Below, piece by piece: positions 12,995 through 22,393 of a stretch of 64,000 bases of DNA (position 1 is the stretch's first letter; each line of letters opens with the position of its first letter). Made by a program: the position numbers and the translations under genes. Origin of the DNA: Pseudomonadota bacterium (lineage in GTDB: Bacteria; Pseudomonadota; Gammaproteobacteria; SURF-13). Below the pieces are notes generated by a model that saw only the letters and a list, made by a program, of their open reading frames with translations, did no database searches and had not been told where the DNA came from. The DNA lies in the NCBI GenBank assembly GCA_040756035.1, contig JBFLZV010000002.1:16124-80123 (forward strand). The letters run 5' to 3'.

Positions 12995-13429
12995 ATGAAA
13001 AAAGATCACCAGCATAGCGAGTTTCCGCATAACGTCGACATGGCGGAGCTGCTGCGCGCGCACGGCATCACGCCCACGCACCAGCGCACGGAAATCGCCC
13101 AGATTCTGTTCGCCAAGCCGCAACACTTGTCCGCCGAGCAAATTCTGAGCATCGTCAATCAGGACAAGCCGGTGGCCTCGAAGGCGACCGTTTACAATAC
13201 CTTGGGGCTATTCGCCGAGCACGGGCTGATCCGCGAGGTAATTGTCGATCCGTCCAAGGTGTTTTACGACTCGAACACGTGCAATCACCATCATTTTTAT
13301 AACGTCGATACCGGCACGCTCATGGACATCGAGTGCGAGCGCGTGTCGTTGGGCGAACTGCCCACCTTGCCCGAAGGCACCGAGCCCGCGGGCGTGGACG
13401 TTATCATCCGCGTGCGCAATAGCGGCTGA
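12995..13429 (+). CDS. Fur-family transcriptional regulator, Irr-like (HHH motif, no C-terminal CxxC zinc site)
   Basis: 144 aa. Has ATVYNTL, ...NTCNHHHFYNVDTGTLMDIE and ...LPTLPEG...VDVIIRVR, which align with Bradyrhizobium Irr rather than with classical Fur or Zur. The N-terminus is His-rich (HQHSEFPH). Confidence 0.7.
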   Translation: MKKDHQHSEFPHNVDMAELLRAHGITPTHQRTEIAQILFAKPQHLSAEQILSIVNQDKPVASKATVYNTLGLFAEHGLIREVIVDPSKVFYDSNTCNHHHFYNVDTGTLMDIECERVSLGELPTLPEGTEPAGVDVIIRVRNSG

Positions 13430-13647
13430 TCCCTCTGCCCCCACGGAAGGCTAGATCGTCGCGTTTAGTCCAGCAACAATCGAGTTCACCCTGTATAATC
13501 GGCGCGTTCAGCGCCCCTCCTTTCTGCGCCGATGCGGCGCAGTCGGCTGAACCGCGCAGCGGCGAAGGCCGGCACAGGATGTGTCGGTGGGTGCGTGGAA
13601 GGTCGCTGCTGTTACGTCAGGGATGATACCACTTCAAGTTTATCCAA

Positions 13648-13723
<76 letters not shown>

Positions 13724-13724
13724 A

Positions 13725-14096
13725 TCACTCATCCATTTCCTTGTGGTTTACCCTGCGGCGCGTAAGTTTGGTGGCGGCACGCAGTTTTTTGCCGGCCAGA
13801 CGTTTCTTTTTGGAGGCCGCGGTAGGGCGCGTGGCGCGGCGTTTTTTCGGCACGCGGTTGAGGGCGCGCAGCTTTTCGATGAGCCGCTCGAAGGCCAGTG
13901 CGCGGTTGCGTAACTGCGAGGGCGTGTCTTGCGCGATCACCACCACGCCGGAGGGCGGGTGGGTGAGGCGCACCGCGGAACTGGTTTTCTGCACGTGTTG
14001 GCCGCCGGGTCCGCTGGCGCGGAAGGTGTCGATGCGCACTTCGCGCAGCAAGGTGGCGTAATCCAAGGCATAAGGCGGTTGTGTACGCGCTGACAT
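13725..14096 (-). CDS. arfB: Alternative ribosome-rescue factor ArfB (peptidyl-tRNA hydrolase, YaeJ)
   Basis: 123 aa with the GGQ motif ([16 protein letters not shown]) and a Lys/Arg-rich C-terminal tail, as in E. coli ArfB. Confidence 0.85.
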   Translation of the reverse strand: MSARTQPPYALDYATLLREVRIDTFRASGPGGQHVQKTSSAVRLTHPPSGVVVIAQDTPSQLRNRALAFERLIEKLRALNRVPKKRRATRPTAASKKKRLAGKKLRAATKLTRRRVNHKEMDE

Positions 14097-14141
14097 ACGG
14101 TTAACTTAGCGCTGCTAAAGCTGATTCTCAAGGGGGACGCT

Positions 14142-15371
14142 TTGCTAAACGCGATTTGGATGGGTTTTTTTCTGGCCGCCTTCGCTTTGGCGCTGGTCAA
14201 GACGATTTTCTTCGGCGAGGCGCACGTGTTCGCTGACATGATGGGCGCCACCTTCAGCACCGCCAAGACCGCCTTCGAGATCGCGCTCGGCCTCACCGGC
14301 GTGATGACGCTGTGGCTGGGCGTCATGCGCATCGGCGAGCGCGGCGGATTTTTACATTTGCTCACGCGTTTCCTCACGCCGCTGTTCCGGCGGCTGTTTC
14401 CCGACGTGCCCGCGCAGCATCCGGCGCTCGGTTCCATCACTATGAACATGTCGGCCAACATGCTGGGCTTGGACAACGCCGCCACGCCCATGGGGCTCAA
14501 GGCCATGCGTGAGTTGCAGGAGCTGAATCCGTCCCAGGACACCGCCAGCAACGCGCAGATTTTATTTTTGGTGATCAACGCCTCCTCGGTGACGATTTTT
14601 CCGATTACGATTTTCACTTATCGCGCCCAGCAGGGCGCCGCCGATCCCACCGACGTGTTCATCCCCATCCTCATCGCCACCTACGCCTCGACCATGGCCG
14701 GCCTGATCGCTACCGCCGTCGCGCAAAAAATCAATCTCATCGACCGCGTGGTGCTCGGCTATCTCGGCGCGATCACGGCGGCGGTGGCGGGCGTGGTGTT
14801 TTATTTCATGCAATTGCCGCACGAGGCGATGCTGCGCCAGTCGAGCATCGTGAGCAATTTTTTGCTGTTCGCGCTGATCGTTGTGTTCATCGCCGGCGCG
14901 GCGCGCAAGAGAGTGAACGTCTATGAAGCCTTCATCGAAGGCGCCAAGGACGGCTTTAACATTGCGGTGAGTATCATTCCCTATTTGGTGGCCATGTTGG
15001 TGGCGATTGCCGTGTTCCGCGCCAGCGGCGCGCTGGACATGCTGCTCGGCGGCATACGCTGGCTGGTGCATGGATTGGGAATGGATAGCCGCTTCATCGA
15101 AGGTTTGCCGACCGCGTTCATGAAGCCGCTGTCCGGCAGCGGCGCGCGCGCCATGATGGTGGAAACTATGCACACCTACGGCGCGGACTCGTTCGCCGGG
15201 CGGCTCGCCTCGGTGATCCAGGGCAGCACTGAAACCACGTTTTACGTGCTGGCGGTGTATTTCGGCGCGGTGGGCATACGCCGCGCGCGTCACGCGGTGA
15301 CGTGCGCGCTGATTGCCGACGCGGCGGGGATTACCGTGGCGATATTGGCGACGTACTTATTTTTCGGTTAA
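14142..15371 (+). CDS. Nucleoside-recognition (Gate) domain membrane protein, a SpmA/SpmB-like fusion
   Basis: 409-aa polytopic membrane protein carrying two Gate-domain-like halves. Confidence 0.55.
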   Translation: MLNAIWMGFFLAAFALALVKTIFFGEAHVFADMMGATFSTAKTAFEIALGLTGVMTLWLGVMRIGERGGFLHLLTRFLTPLFRRLFPDVPAQHPALGSITMNMSANMLGLDNAATPMGLKAMRELQELNPSQDTASNAQILFLVINASSVTIFPITIFTYRAQQGAADPTDVFIPILIATYASTMAGLIATAVAQKINLIDRVVLGYLGAITAAVAGVVFYFMQLPHEAMLRQSSIVSNFLLFALIVVFIAGAARKRVNVYEAFIEGAKDGFNIAVSIIPYLVAMLVAIAVFRASGALDMLLGGIRWLVHGLGMDSRFIEGLPTAFMKPLSGSGARAMMVETMHTYGADSFAGRLASVIQGSTETTFYVLAVYFGAVGIRRARHAVTCALIADAAGITVAILATYLFFG

Positions 15372-16306
15372 GCGATTTTTTCGCCCGCCGCCTGTTGATC
15401 GGCGTGATATGACGAACGCACCATCGGGCCGCTGGCGACGTTGCTGAAGCCCATTTGCATTCCCACGGCGGCGAGGCGCTCGAATTCTTGCGGCGCGACG
15501 AAGCGCGCCACCGGCAGGTGATGGCGGCTCGGTTGCAGGTATTGGCCGAGCGTCAGCATGTCCACGTCGTGCGCGCGCAGGTCGCGCATCACCTGTTCGA
15601 TTTCCGCGCTGGTTTCCCCCAGGCCGAGCATCAGTCCCGATTTGGTGGGGATGCGCGGGTGCGTGGTCTTGAAGCGCTGGAGTAATTGCAACGACCATTG
15701 ATAATCGGAGCCGGGGCGCGCTTGCTTGTAGAGACGCGGCACGGTCTCCAGATTGTGATTGAACACGTCGGGCGGCGCGCGGTGCAGCAACTCCAGCGCG
15801 ACGTCCATGCGTCCGCGAAAGTCGGGTGTGAGGATTTCGATTTTGGTGTGCGGACTGTGACGGCGCACCGCTTCGATACAGGCCGTGAAATGCGCCGCGC
15901 CGCCGTCGCGCAGATCGTCGCGGTCCACCGAGGTGATGACCACGTAATTCAGGCGCATGTCTTTAATGACGCGCGCGAGATTTTCCGGTTCATCGGCGTC
16001 CAGCGGGTCGGGACGGCCGTGCGCCACGTCGCAAAACGGGCAACGGCGCGTGCACAGCCGGCCCATGATCATGAACGTCGCCGTACCATGGCCGAAGCAC
16101 TCGCCCAGGTTCGGGCACGACGCTTCTTCGCACACGGTGTGCAAGTTGTGCGCGCGCAGCACGCTCTTTAGACGCATCACTTCCGGGCTATTCGGCGACT
16201 TGGCGCGTATCCACGCGGGCTTGCGTTGCAGCGCGGTGGTCGGCTCGACCTTGACCGGGATGCGCGCGACTTTGGAGGCGCCCTTGGCGAGTGGTGGTTG
16301 TTCCAC
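15368..16306 (-). CDS. lipA: Lipoyl synthase
   Basis: Has the [12 protein letters not shown] and CTRRCPFC radical-SAM/auxiliary cluster motifs and aligns full length with E. coli LipA. Its stop overlaps the convergent upstream gene stop (TTAA). Confidence 0.95.
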   Translation of the reverse strand: MEQPPLAKGASKVARIPVKVEPTTALQRKPAWIRAKSPNSPEVMRLKSVLRAHNLHTVCEEASCPNLGECFGHGTATFMIMGRLCTRRCPFCDVAHGRPDPLDADEPENLARVIKDMRLNYVVITSVDRDDLRDGGAAHFTACIEAVRRHSPHTKIEILTPDFRGRMDVALELLHRAPPDVFNHNLETVPRLYKQARPGSDYQWSLQLLQRFKTTHPRIPTKSGLMLGLGETSAEIEQVMRDLRAHDVDMLTLGQYLQPSRHHLPVARFVAPQEFERLAAVGMQMGFSNVASGPMVRSSYHADQQAAGEKIA

Positions 16307-16308
16307 GG

Positions 16309-16956
16309 TTACGTGTCCTGAACGTGTTGTACTGTATTATAACCTAACTGACGCACCAGCCGCGCGCCGAGCAGCGCGCCGGCTTGCCGCATATCCGCCG
16401 GGCCGCCCAGGTCGGAAAATTGCGTGACGGCCAACCCCGCATAGCCGCAGGGATTCATGCGCCGGAAAGGTTCCAAGTCCATGGCCACGTTGAAGCTCAG
16501 GCCGTGATAGCAACACCCGTGGCGCACGCGCAGACCCACGGCGGCGATTTTCGCGCCGCGCACGTAGACGCCGGGCGCATCGCGGCGCGCCTCGGCGGGA
16601 ATGTCGAATTCGGCCAGCAGGTCGATGACCGCTTGTTCCAAGGCGCTGACCAAGCGCCGCACGCCCCAGCCACGGCGTTGCAAATCGAGCAGCGTGTACG
16701 CGACGAGCTGACCGGGGCCGTGATGGGTGACTTGTCCGCCGCGATCGACGTGGATTACCGGAATGTCGCCGGGATCGTGCAGGTGTTCGGGTTTGGCGTT
16801 GAGGCCGAGCGTATAGACCGACGGGTGTTCGAGCAGCCACAGTTCGTCGGGCGTGGCGGGAGTGCGCGCCGCGGTGAAGGACTGCATGGCTTCCCATGTG
16901 CTTTGGTAATCGCGCAGTCCCAACGCGCGAATAATAAGATTAGACGTTTGCGTCAC
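16309..16956 (-). CDS. lipB: Octanoyltransferase LipB
   Basis: Aligns with E. coli LipB (LGLxxYxxxWxAMxxFT, EHPxVxTxG). The probable GTG start is at 16956. The longer track ORF (to 16989) overlaps dat. Confidence 0.85.
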   Translation of the reverse strand: MTQTSNLIIRALGLRDYQSTWEAMQSFTAARTPATPDELWLLEHPSVYTLGLNAKPEHLHDPGDIPVIHVDRGGQVTHHGPGQLVAYTLLDLQRRGWGVRRLVSALEQAVIDLLAEFDIPAEARRDAPGVYVRGAKIAAVGLRVRHGCCYHGLSFNVAMDLEPFRRMNPCGYAGLAVTQFSDLGGPADMRQAGALLGARLVRQLGYNTVQHVQDT

Positions 16957-17806
16957 GTAAAGTGCGCTTGTAATCCTGATAGAGTGCAATCATGCGCTGC
17001 CACATCGGCCCCGGCGTGCCTTGCGCGACGGGTCGGCCGTCGAGCCGCGTCACCGGCAGAATTTCCTTGGTGGAGCTGGTGAGCCACACTTCATCGGCAT
17101 CGCGCAGTTCTTGTTCGGTGATCGTGCGTTCTTCGCAGGCGATGCCGTGCGCCGCGGCGAGTTCCACGATGAGATCGCGCGTAATGCCGGGCAGCAGTTT
17201 CGGGCCGGTGGGCGGCGTGATGAGGACGTTGTTTTTCACGATGAACACGTTACTCGCCGCGCCCTCGGTCACTTCGCCGTCGCGGATCAAGATCGCCTCG
17301 ACCGCGCCTTGGTCCAGCGCCTCCTGGCGCAACAGATTGGCGGCCAGCAGCGTGATGGCCTTGATGTGGCAATACTGCCAGCGGATGTCCGGGCGCGTGA
17401 TGGCGGCGACGCCTTGCGCGGCCTGCGCGGCAGGCGCCGGCATGGGATTGCTCATGGCGAACACCGTGGGCTGTAAATCCTTGGGCAATCCGAAGTCGCG
17501 CTTGGCGGCGCCGCGCGTGATTTGCAAATAAATGGACTGGTCGGGATTTCCGGCATCGGTATTGCACCGCACTAATTCAGCCAGCACGTCTTGCCATTGC
17601 GCGTGCGTGAGCGGATTGGTCAGGCGAATGCCCGCGAGGCTTTGATCGAGGCGCTGCAAGTGCTGCGCGAGGCGAAACAAGCGCCCGCCATAGACGGGAA
17701 TGACTTCGTACACGCCGTCACCGAAAATAAAGCCGCGATCCAGCACCGGCACGCGGGCTTGGTCGAGCGGTAGGAATTTGCCGTTGAGATAAACTATTGG
17801 AGACAT
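16940..17806 (-). CDS. dat: Class IV (D-amino-acid/branched-chain) aminotransferase, likely D-alanine aminotransferase
   Basis: 288 aa with the fold-type IV PLP signature ([17 protein letters not shown]). Occupies the ybeD-equivalent position in the dacA-lipB-lipA cluster. Confidence 0.75.
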   Translation of the reverse strand: MSPIVYLNGKFLPLDQARVPVLDRGFIFGDGVYEVIPVYGGRLFRLAQHLQRLDQSLAGIRLTNPLTHAQWQDVLAELVRCNTDAGNPDQSIYLQITRGAAKRDFGLPKDLQPTVFAMSNPMPAPAAQAAQGVAAITRPDIRWQYCHIKAITLLAANLLRQEALDQGAVEAILIRDGEVTEGAASNVFIVKNNVLITPPTGPKLLPGITRDLIVELAAAHGIACEERTITEQELRDADEVWLTSSTKEILPVTRLDGRPVAQGTPGPMWQRMIALYQDYKRTLRDANV

Positions 17807-17813
17807 GATTTAT

Positions 17814-17890
17814 GGTGATAAGCAACGGGTGATGAGTAATGAGTGATGGGTGATGTTTTACTCATTACCGTTTACTCATTACCCATCACC
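17814..17890. repeat. Purine-unit/pyrimidine-unit palindromic element (family 2, copy A; GGTGAT/GAGTAA units)
   Basis: GGGTGATGAGTAATGAGTGATGGGTGATG ... TTACTCATTACCGTTTACTCATTACCCATCACC, between the dat start and the dacA stop. Confidence 0.75.
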
Positions 17891-17891
17891 G

Positions 17892-19082
17892 TTAACTAAA
17901 CCACAACTTGATCGTATCGATTAAGCGCCGCCACCAACTGCCTTGCGCCACGTCTTGCAGCGCGATCAGCGGGCGCGTGAGCAGCACCTTGTCGTTCAGG
18001 CTGATCTTCACGACGCCGTGCGTGGCGCCCTTGCGCGCCGGCGCGATCACCGATTTTTCGATTTCCATGGCGGCCTTGAGATTTTGGTACTGGCCGCGCG
18101 GCACGGTAATGTACAAGTCTTCGCCGATGCCGAGCGCCAGGCTCGGGCTCGCGCCCTTCCACACGCGCACTGTGGACAGCGGTGTCGCGGCGGCGTACAG
18201 GCGCTGCGTTTCGTAGGTGCGGAAGCCGTAGTTGAGCAGCGCCTGGCTTTCGTCGGCGCGCACATTTTCACTCTTGGTGCCGAGCACCACGGAGATGAGG
18301 CGCATACCGTCGCGCTGCGCCGAGGCGACCAAACAGTAGCCCGCCGATTCGGTGTGGCCGGTTTTTATGCCGTCCACGTTGCCGTCGCGCCACAATAATT
18401 TATTACGGTTGTATTGCTTGATGCCGTTGTAGGCGAATTCCTTCAGCGAGTACCACTTATAGTATTCCGGAAATTCGCGGATCATGGCGCGCGCCAGTTT
18501 GCCCATGTCGCGCGCGGTGATATACAGCTCCGGGTCGGGCAGGCCGGTGCTGTTGGTGAAGTGGCTGTGTTCCATGCCGAGTTCCTTGGCGTATTGATTC
18601 ATCAACGCGGCAAAGCCTTCCTCGCTGCCCGCCACGTGCTCGGCCAGTGCGACGGTCGCGTCGTTGCCGGATTGCACGATCATGCCCTTGAGCAAGTCCT
18701 CCACGCTGACTTGCGTGCCGACTTGCACAAAACTGCGCGAGCCGCCGGTGCGCCACGCCTTTTCGCTGACCGTGATCTTGTCGGCGAGCTGCATCTTGCC
18801 GGCGCCTAGCGCCTTGAACACCGCGTAGGCGGTCATGAGCTTGGTCAGGCTCGCCGGTTCCATGCGCACGTCGGCGTTGGATTCGGCCAGCACCTCGCCG
18901 CTGTAAAAATCTTGCAATAAATAAGCGCGCGCCGTGCTGGTGGGCGGCGGTGGCGTCGGCTGCTGCGGCGCCGCGGCAACCGGCGCGGTGGCCTTGGGAG
19001 GGGCGGACTGCGGCGCGTCCGCGGCGGCGTGCGCGTTGGCTACACAGAACGCGAGAAGTACAGCAAAGAAATGATGTTTCAT
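17892..19082 (-). CDS. dacA: D-alanyl-D-alanine carboxypeptidase (PBP5/6 family)
   Basis: Has SxxK (ASLTKLM), SGN and KTG motifs. A signal peptide begins at MKHHFFAVLL (ATG at 19082). Confidence 0.9.
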   Translation of the reverse strand: MKHHFFAVLLAFCVANAHAAADAPQSAPPKATAPVAAAPQQPTPPPPTSTARAYLLQDFYSGEVLAESNADVRMEPASLTKLMTAYAVFKALGAGKMQLADKITVSEKAWRTGGSRSFVQVGTQVSVEDLLKGMIVQSGNDATVALAEHVAGSEEGFAALMNQYAKELGMEHSHFTNSTGLPDPELYITARDMGKLARAMIREFPEYYKWYSLKEFAYNGIKQYNRNKLLWRDGNVDGIKTGHTESAGYCLVASAQRDGMRLISVVLGTKSENVRADESQALLNYGFRTYETQRLYAAATPLSTVRVWKGASPSLALGIGEDLYITVPRGQYQNLKAAMEIEKSVIAPARKGATHGVVKISLNDKVLLTRPLIALQDVAQGSWWRRLIDTIKLWFS

Positions 19083-19125
19083 GGCGATGAACAACCTTAG
19101 TGCTGAATAGCCGTTGCTAAAAAAT

Positions 19126-19247
19126 CCAACGCAAAGACGCAAATAAAGTAACGAGTTGCAAGTGACAAGATAAAAATCAATCTCTATGCCTTTTCTTGTA
19201 ACTTGTCACTTGTTACTTGAAACTGTTTTTCGGCGTTTTTGCGTTGG
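19126..19247. mobile_element. Composite small element: TIRs CCAACGCAAAGACGC / GCGTTTTTGCGTTGG enclose a family-3 ACAAGT-unit hairpin. Lies in the dacA upstream region.
   Basis: The TIRs match at 14 of 15 positions and are related to the sucC-sucD MITE TIR. The inner arms are GTTGCAAGTGACAAG (19155-19169) and CTTGTAACTTGTCACTTGTTACTTG (19195-19219). Confidence 0.6.
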
Positions 19248-19309
19248 ATTTTTTGGAAATTAAGGACTTGTAACATCGTAGCGACGCTATCATAGTGGCC
19301 GCGCGCGTA

Positions 19310-20163
19310 TTAATCAATGACTACGTGCGGCGCTTCCAGGCCGAGGCGCATGATGCTTGCGGCGATGCGGTCGGCTTCGTCGACGTCCTTCAGCGGGCCG
19401 AGACGCACGCGATACACGGCCGCTTGGTTAAGCGTGGCCTGGACGATTTTTGTCACGGAAGCAAAGTTCACCGCTAGGCGTTGGCGCAGACGCTCGGCGT
19501 TTTCGCGACTGGCGAAAGCGCCGACCTGGAGGTATAAACTCGGTTCATGCGCGTTCTGCACTGCTTGGACTTGCACGGAGACGTTGGACGGGGCGGCGGG
19601 CGGCGGTTGCGCAGCACCGGTGTCGGCCAACAGCGTGGCGGGTGGATTGTCGCGCGGGTCGATGGAGCGCACTTCGACCAGGCCGGTGCCGGTAGGCAGG
19701 ATGCCGAGCCGGCTGGCGGCGGCGTAGGATAAATCGATCAAGCGATTCTCGTGAAACGGGCCGCGGTCGTTCACGCGCACGACGATGGTGCGCCCGTTGC
19801 GCAGATTGGTGACTTGCACGTACGTGGGCAGCGGCAACGTCTTGTGCGCGGCGGTGAAGGCGTAGAGGTCGTAGGGTTCGCCGCTGGAGGTGCGGCGGCC
19901 ATGGAATTTGGTGCCGTACCACGAGGCGATGCCGCGCTCCACATAGCCCGCGCTGCTTTTAACCGTGACGTAGCGCTTGCCGTAGACCGTATAAGAAGGT
20001 GGGTTACCGTACTTGGCGAGCGGCTCGACGCGCGGCACGGGTTCGGGGATGGTGGATACGTCGATGGGCTGGGCGGGCGCGCCGTCCCGGTCGCCGCCGA
20101 TAATACCTCCGCCCGGAATGTCGGCCGTGCGCGGCAAGCCGCCGCAGCCTTGTAAAAACATAG
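19310..20163 (-). CDS. rlpA: Septal ring lytic transglycosylase RlpA (DPBB + C-terminal SPOR domain). The start is uncertain.
   Basis: DPBB core (ASWYG...TAAHKTLPLPTYVQVTNLRNGRTIVVRVNDRGP) and a C-terminal SPOR domain. The upstream hydrophobic segment LLLVTMFLQGC is encoded by a palindromic element. The true start lies somewhere between 20163 and 20305. Confidence 0.8.
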
Positions 20164-20338
20164 TTACAAGTAACAAGTAATAAGTGACAAGGTGAGGCGG
20201 CGTGCCCCGCCACCGAACGCCCCGCCTGGAGCGGGGCCGTGTTTCGCGCGAAGCATGGATAGCGTAGCGTGAAACCCGCTCCTTAGTTAAAATTTTTTTT
20301 ATCACATTATCATCACTTGATACTTGATTACTTGTAAC
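20164..20338. repeat. Family 3 (ACAAGT-unit) palindromic element, copy I. A ~120-bp GC-rich structured insert sits between its arms. Lies between rlpA and mltB.
   Basis: Left arm GTTACAAGTAACAAGTAATAAGTGACAAGG (20164-20193); right arm TCACTTGATACTTGATTACTTGTAAC (20313-20338). The interior contains the GCCCCGCCTGGAGCGGGGC and TTCGCGCGAA palindromes. Confidence 0.65.
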
Positions 20339-21302
20339 TTTCTTTTATCGCCTGCGATAATTGATACACCGCCATGGCGTATAAGGGGCTGCGATTATAA
20401 CGGGTAATCACGTAAAAGTTTTCCAGTCCCACCCAGTATTCCGTTCCTACCTCGGTTTCAAATTCCAGCAGCGCGCCGAGTTGATCGTCGCGCAAGGCAT
20501 CCCCGCTGACGCTGATGCCGGATTCCTTCAGATGTTGTAGGCTGAATTCCGGCTTCAAGCCGTTGGCGAGCAGTTCGCCGTAGCGGTCGCCGTTGACTTG
20601 CGCGGGCACGGCGACCGGTTTGCCCGGTTGCCAGCCGTGCTCGTGGAAATAATTCGCCACGCTGCCGATGATGTCGTCGATGTCGTTCCACAAGTCGCGC
20701 CGTCCATCGTCATTGAAGTCCACTGCGTAGCGCCGGTAGCTGCTGGGGATGAATTGCCCCCAGCCCATGGCGCCGGCGTAGGAGCCCTTGAGCGCCAACG
20801 GATCGAGCTGTTCTTCGCGCGTGAGCAGCAGATAATTTTCCAATTCGCCGCGGAAGAAATCGGCGCGCGGCGGGTAATCGAAGGCCAGCGTGGCGAGCGC
20901 GTCCAGCACGCGATAGGAACCGGTGATTTTTCCGTAGCGCGTTTCCACGCCGATGATGGCGGTGATGATCTCCGGTGGTACGCCGTAGGTATTTTGCGCG
21001 CGCGCCAGCACTTCGGCGTGTTGATTCCAGAATTGCACGCCGCCCTCGACGCGCGCTTCGTTCACGAAAATCGGGCGGTATTCGTACCAGGGCTTGGCTT
21101 CCGCGGGCCGGCTGATCGCCTCGATGATGTCCGGACGCGCGTTGGCTTGCGCAAACAGCGCGGTCAGATCCGTGTCGCTGAAGCCGTGCCGGGCCGTCAT
21201 CTCGTTAATAAAGTCGCGCAGCTCCGGGCGGTCGATGGCGGCGAAGGTGGAGGATGTCAAACAGACCGCGAGCAGTAGCGCGGCATGAAAATGCTTGTTC
21301 AC
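20328..21302 (-). CDS. mltB: Membrane-bound lytic murein transglycosylase B
   Basis: Has the MltB/Slt35 catalytic domain (IIGVETRYG, GAMGWGQF). The GTG start at 21302 overlaps the rodA TGA stop (GTGA). The N-terminal signal peptide has an AxA cleavage site. Confidence 0.85.
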   Translation of the reverse strand: MNKHFHAALLLAVCLTSSTFAAIDRPELRDFINEMTARHGFSDTDLTALFAQANARPDIIEAISRPAEAKPWYEYRPIFVNEARVEGGVQFWNQHAEVLARAQNTYGVPPEIITAIIGVETRYGKITGSYRVLDALATLAFDYPPRADFFRGELENYLLLTREEQLDPLALKGSYAGAMGWGQFIPSSYRRYAVDFNDDGRRDLWNDIDDIIGSVANYFHEHGWQPGKPVAVPAQVNGDRYGELLANGLKPEFSLQHLKESGISVSGDALRDDQLGALLEFETEVGTEYWVGLENFYVITRYNRSPLYAMAVYQLSQAIKESYK

Positions 21303-22393
21303 GGGGATCCTTGCGTCGGTGACGGTGTACGGTGCATATGGATGGACATGAGGATACCGAAAGCCGCCATCAGTGTCACCAGCGACGTGCCGCCGTAGCT
21401 GATGAGCGGCAGCGGCACGCCCACCACCGGCATCAGCCCGGTGACCATGCCGATGTTGACGAATACATAAATGAAAAAAGTCAGCGTCAGACTGCCGCTC
21501 AACAGGCGCGCGAACGCATCGCGCACATGCCAGGAAATATACAAGCCGCGCAGCACGATGAATAAATAAAGCGCGAGTAGCAACAGTGCGCCGATCAGGC
21601 CGAATTCCTCGCCGTATACCGCGAAGATGAAGTCGGTGGTGCGCTCCGGTATGAAATCCAAATACGATTGCGTGCCGTTCAGCCAGCCCTTGCCGAACAC
21701 GCCGCCCGAGCCGATGGCGATGGTGGATTGAATGATGTGGTAGCCGGTGCCGAGCGGATCGTTCTGCGGGTCCACGAAGGTGAGTATGCGTTGGCGCTGA
21801 TAATCGTGCAGAAAATGCCACACCAGCGGCGCGAGCAGAGCGAGTCCGGCCAGGCTTGCGCCCACCAGTCGCCAGCTTATGCCGGCCATCAGAATCACGA
21901 ACGCGCCGCTGCTGGCCACCAGCAGAGCGGTGCCGAGGTCGGGCTGTTTGGCGATGAGCCCGATGGGTATCAGGATCATCAGCGTGGCCAACAGAAGATG
22001 CGGGATGCTCGGCGGCAGACGCCGGGTGCTCAAATACCAGGCCGTCATCATCGGCACGGCGAGCTTCATGATCTCCGACGGCTGAAATCGGAACAGCTTG
22101 AGATCCAGCCAGCGCTGTGCGCCCTTGCTGGTGTCGCCTACCAGCAGCACCGCGACCAGCAGCAGCAGGCCGCCGCCGAACAGCCACGGCGCCCACAGCG
22201 CGAAGTAGCGCGGCGGGATTTGCGCGAGCGTCAGCATAACGGTGAAGCCGAGCAGCAGGCGCAGCGCGTGGCGCGTGAGCAGATCGGGGTGCTGGCCGCC
22301 GGCGCTGTAGAGAATGACGAAGCTCAGCAGCGACACCAGCAGCAGGCCGCCGAGCAGAGGGATGTCGACGTGTAGGCGTTCCGAGAAAGTCAT
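21299..22393 (-). CDS. mrdB: Peptidoglycan glycosyltransferase RodA (SEDS family)
   Basis: 364-aa polytopic SEDS protein. The ATG at 22393 overlaps the mrdA stop. Confidence 0.95.
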   Translation of the reverse strand: MTFSERLHVDIPLLGGLLLVSLLSFVILYSAGGQHPDLLTRHALRLLLGFTVMLTLAQIPPRYFALWAPWLFGGGLLLLVAVLLVGDTSKGAQRWLDLKLFRFQPSEIMKLAVPMMTAWYLSTRRLPPSIPHLLLATLMILIPIGLIAKQPDLGTALLVASSGAFVILMAGISWRLVGASLAGLALLAPLVWHFLHDYQRQRILTFVDPQNDPLGTGYHIIQSTIAIGSGGVFGKGWLNGTQSYLDFIPERTTDFIFAVYGEEFGLIGALLLLALYLFIVLRGLYISWHVRDAFARLLSGSLTLTFFIYVFVNIGMVTGLMPVVGVPLPLISYGGTSLVTLMAAFGILMSIHMHRTPSPTQGSP

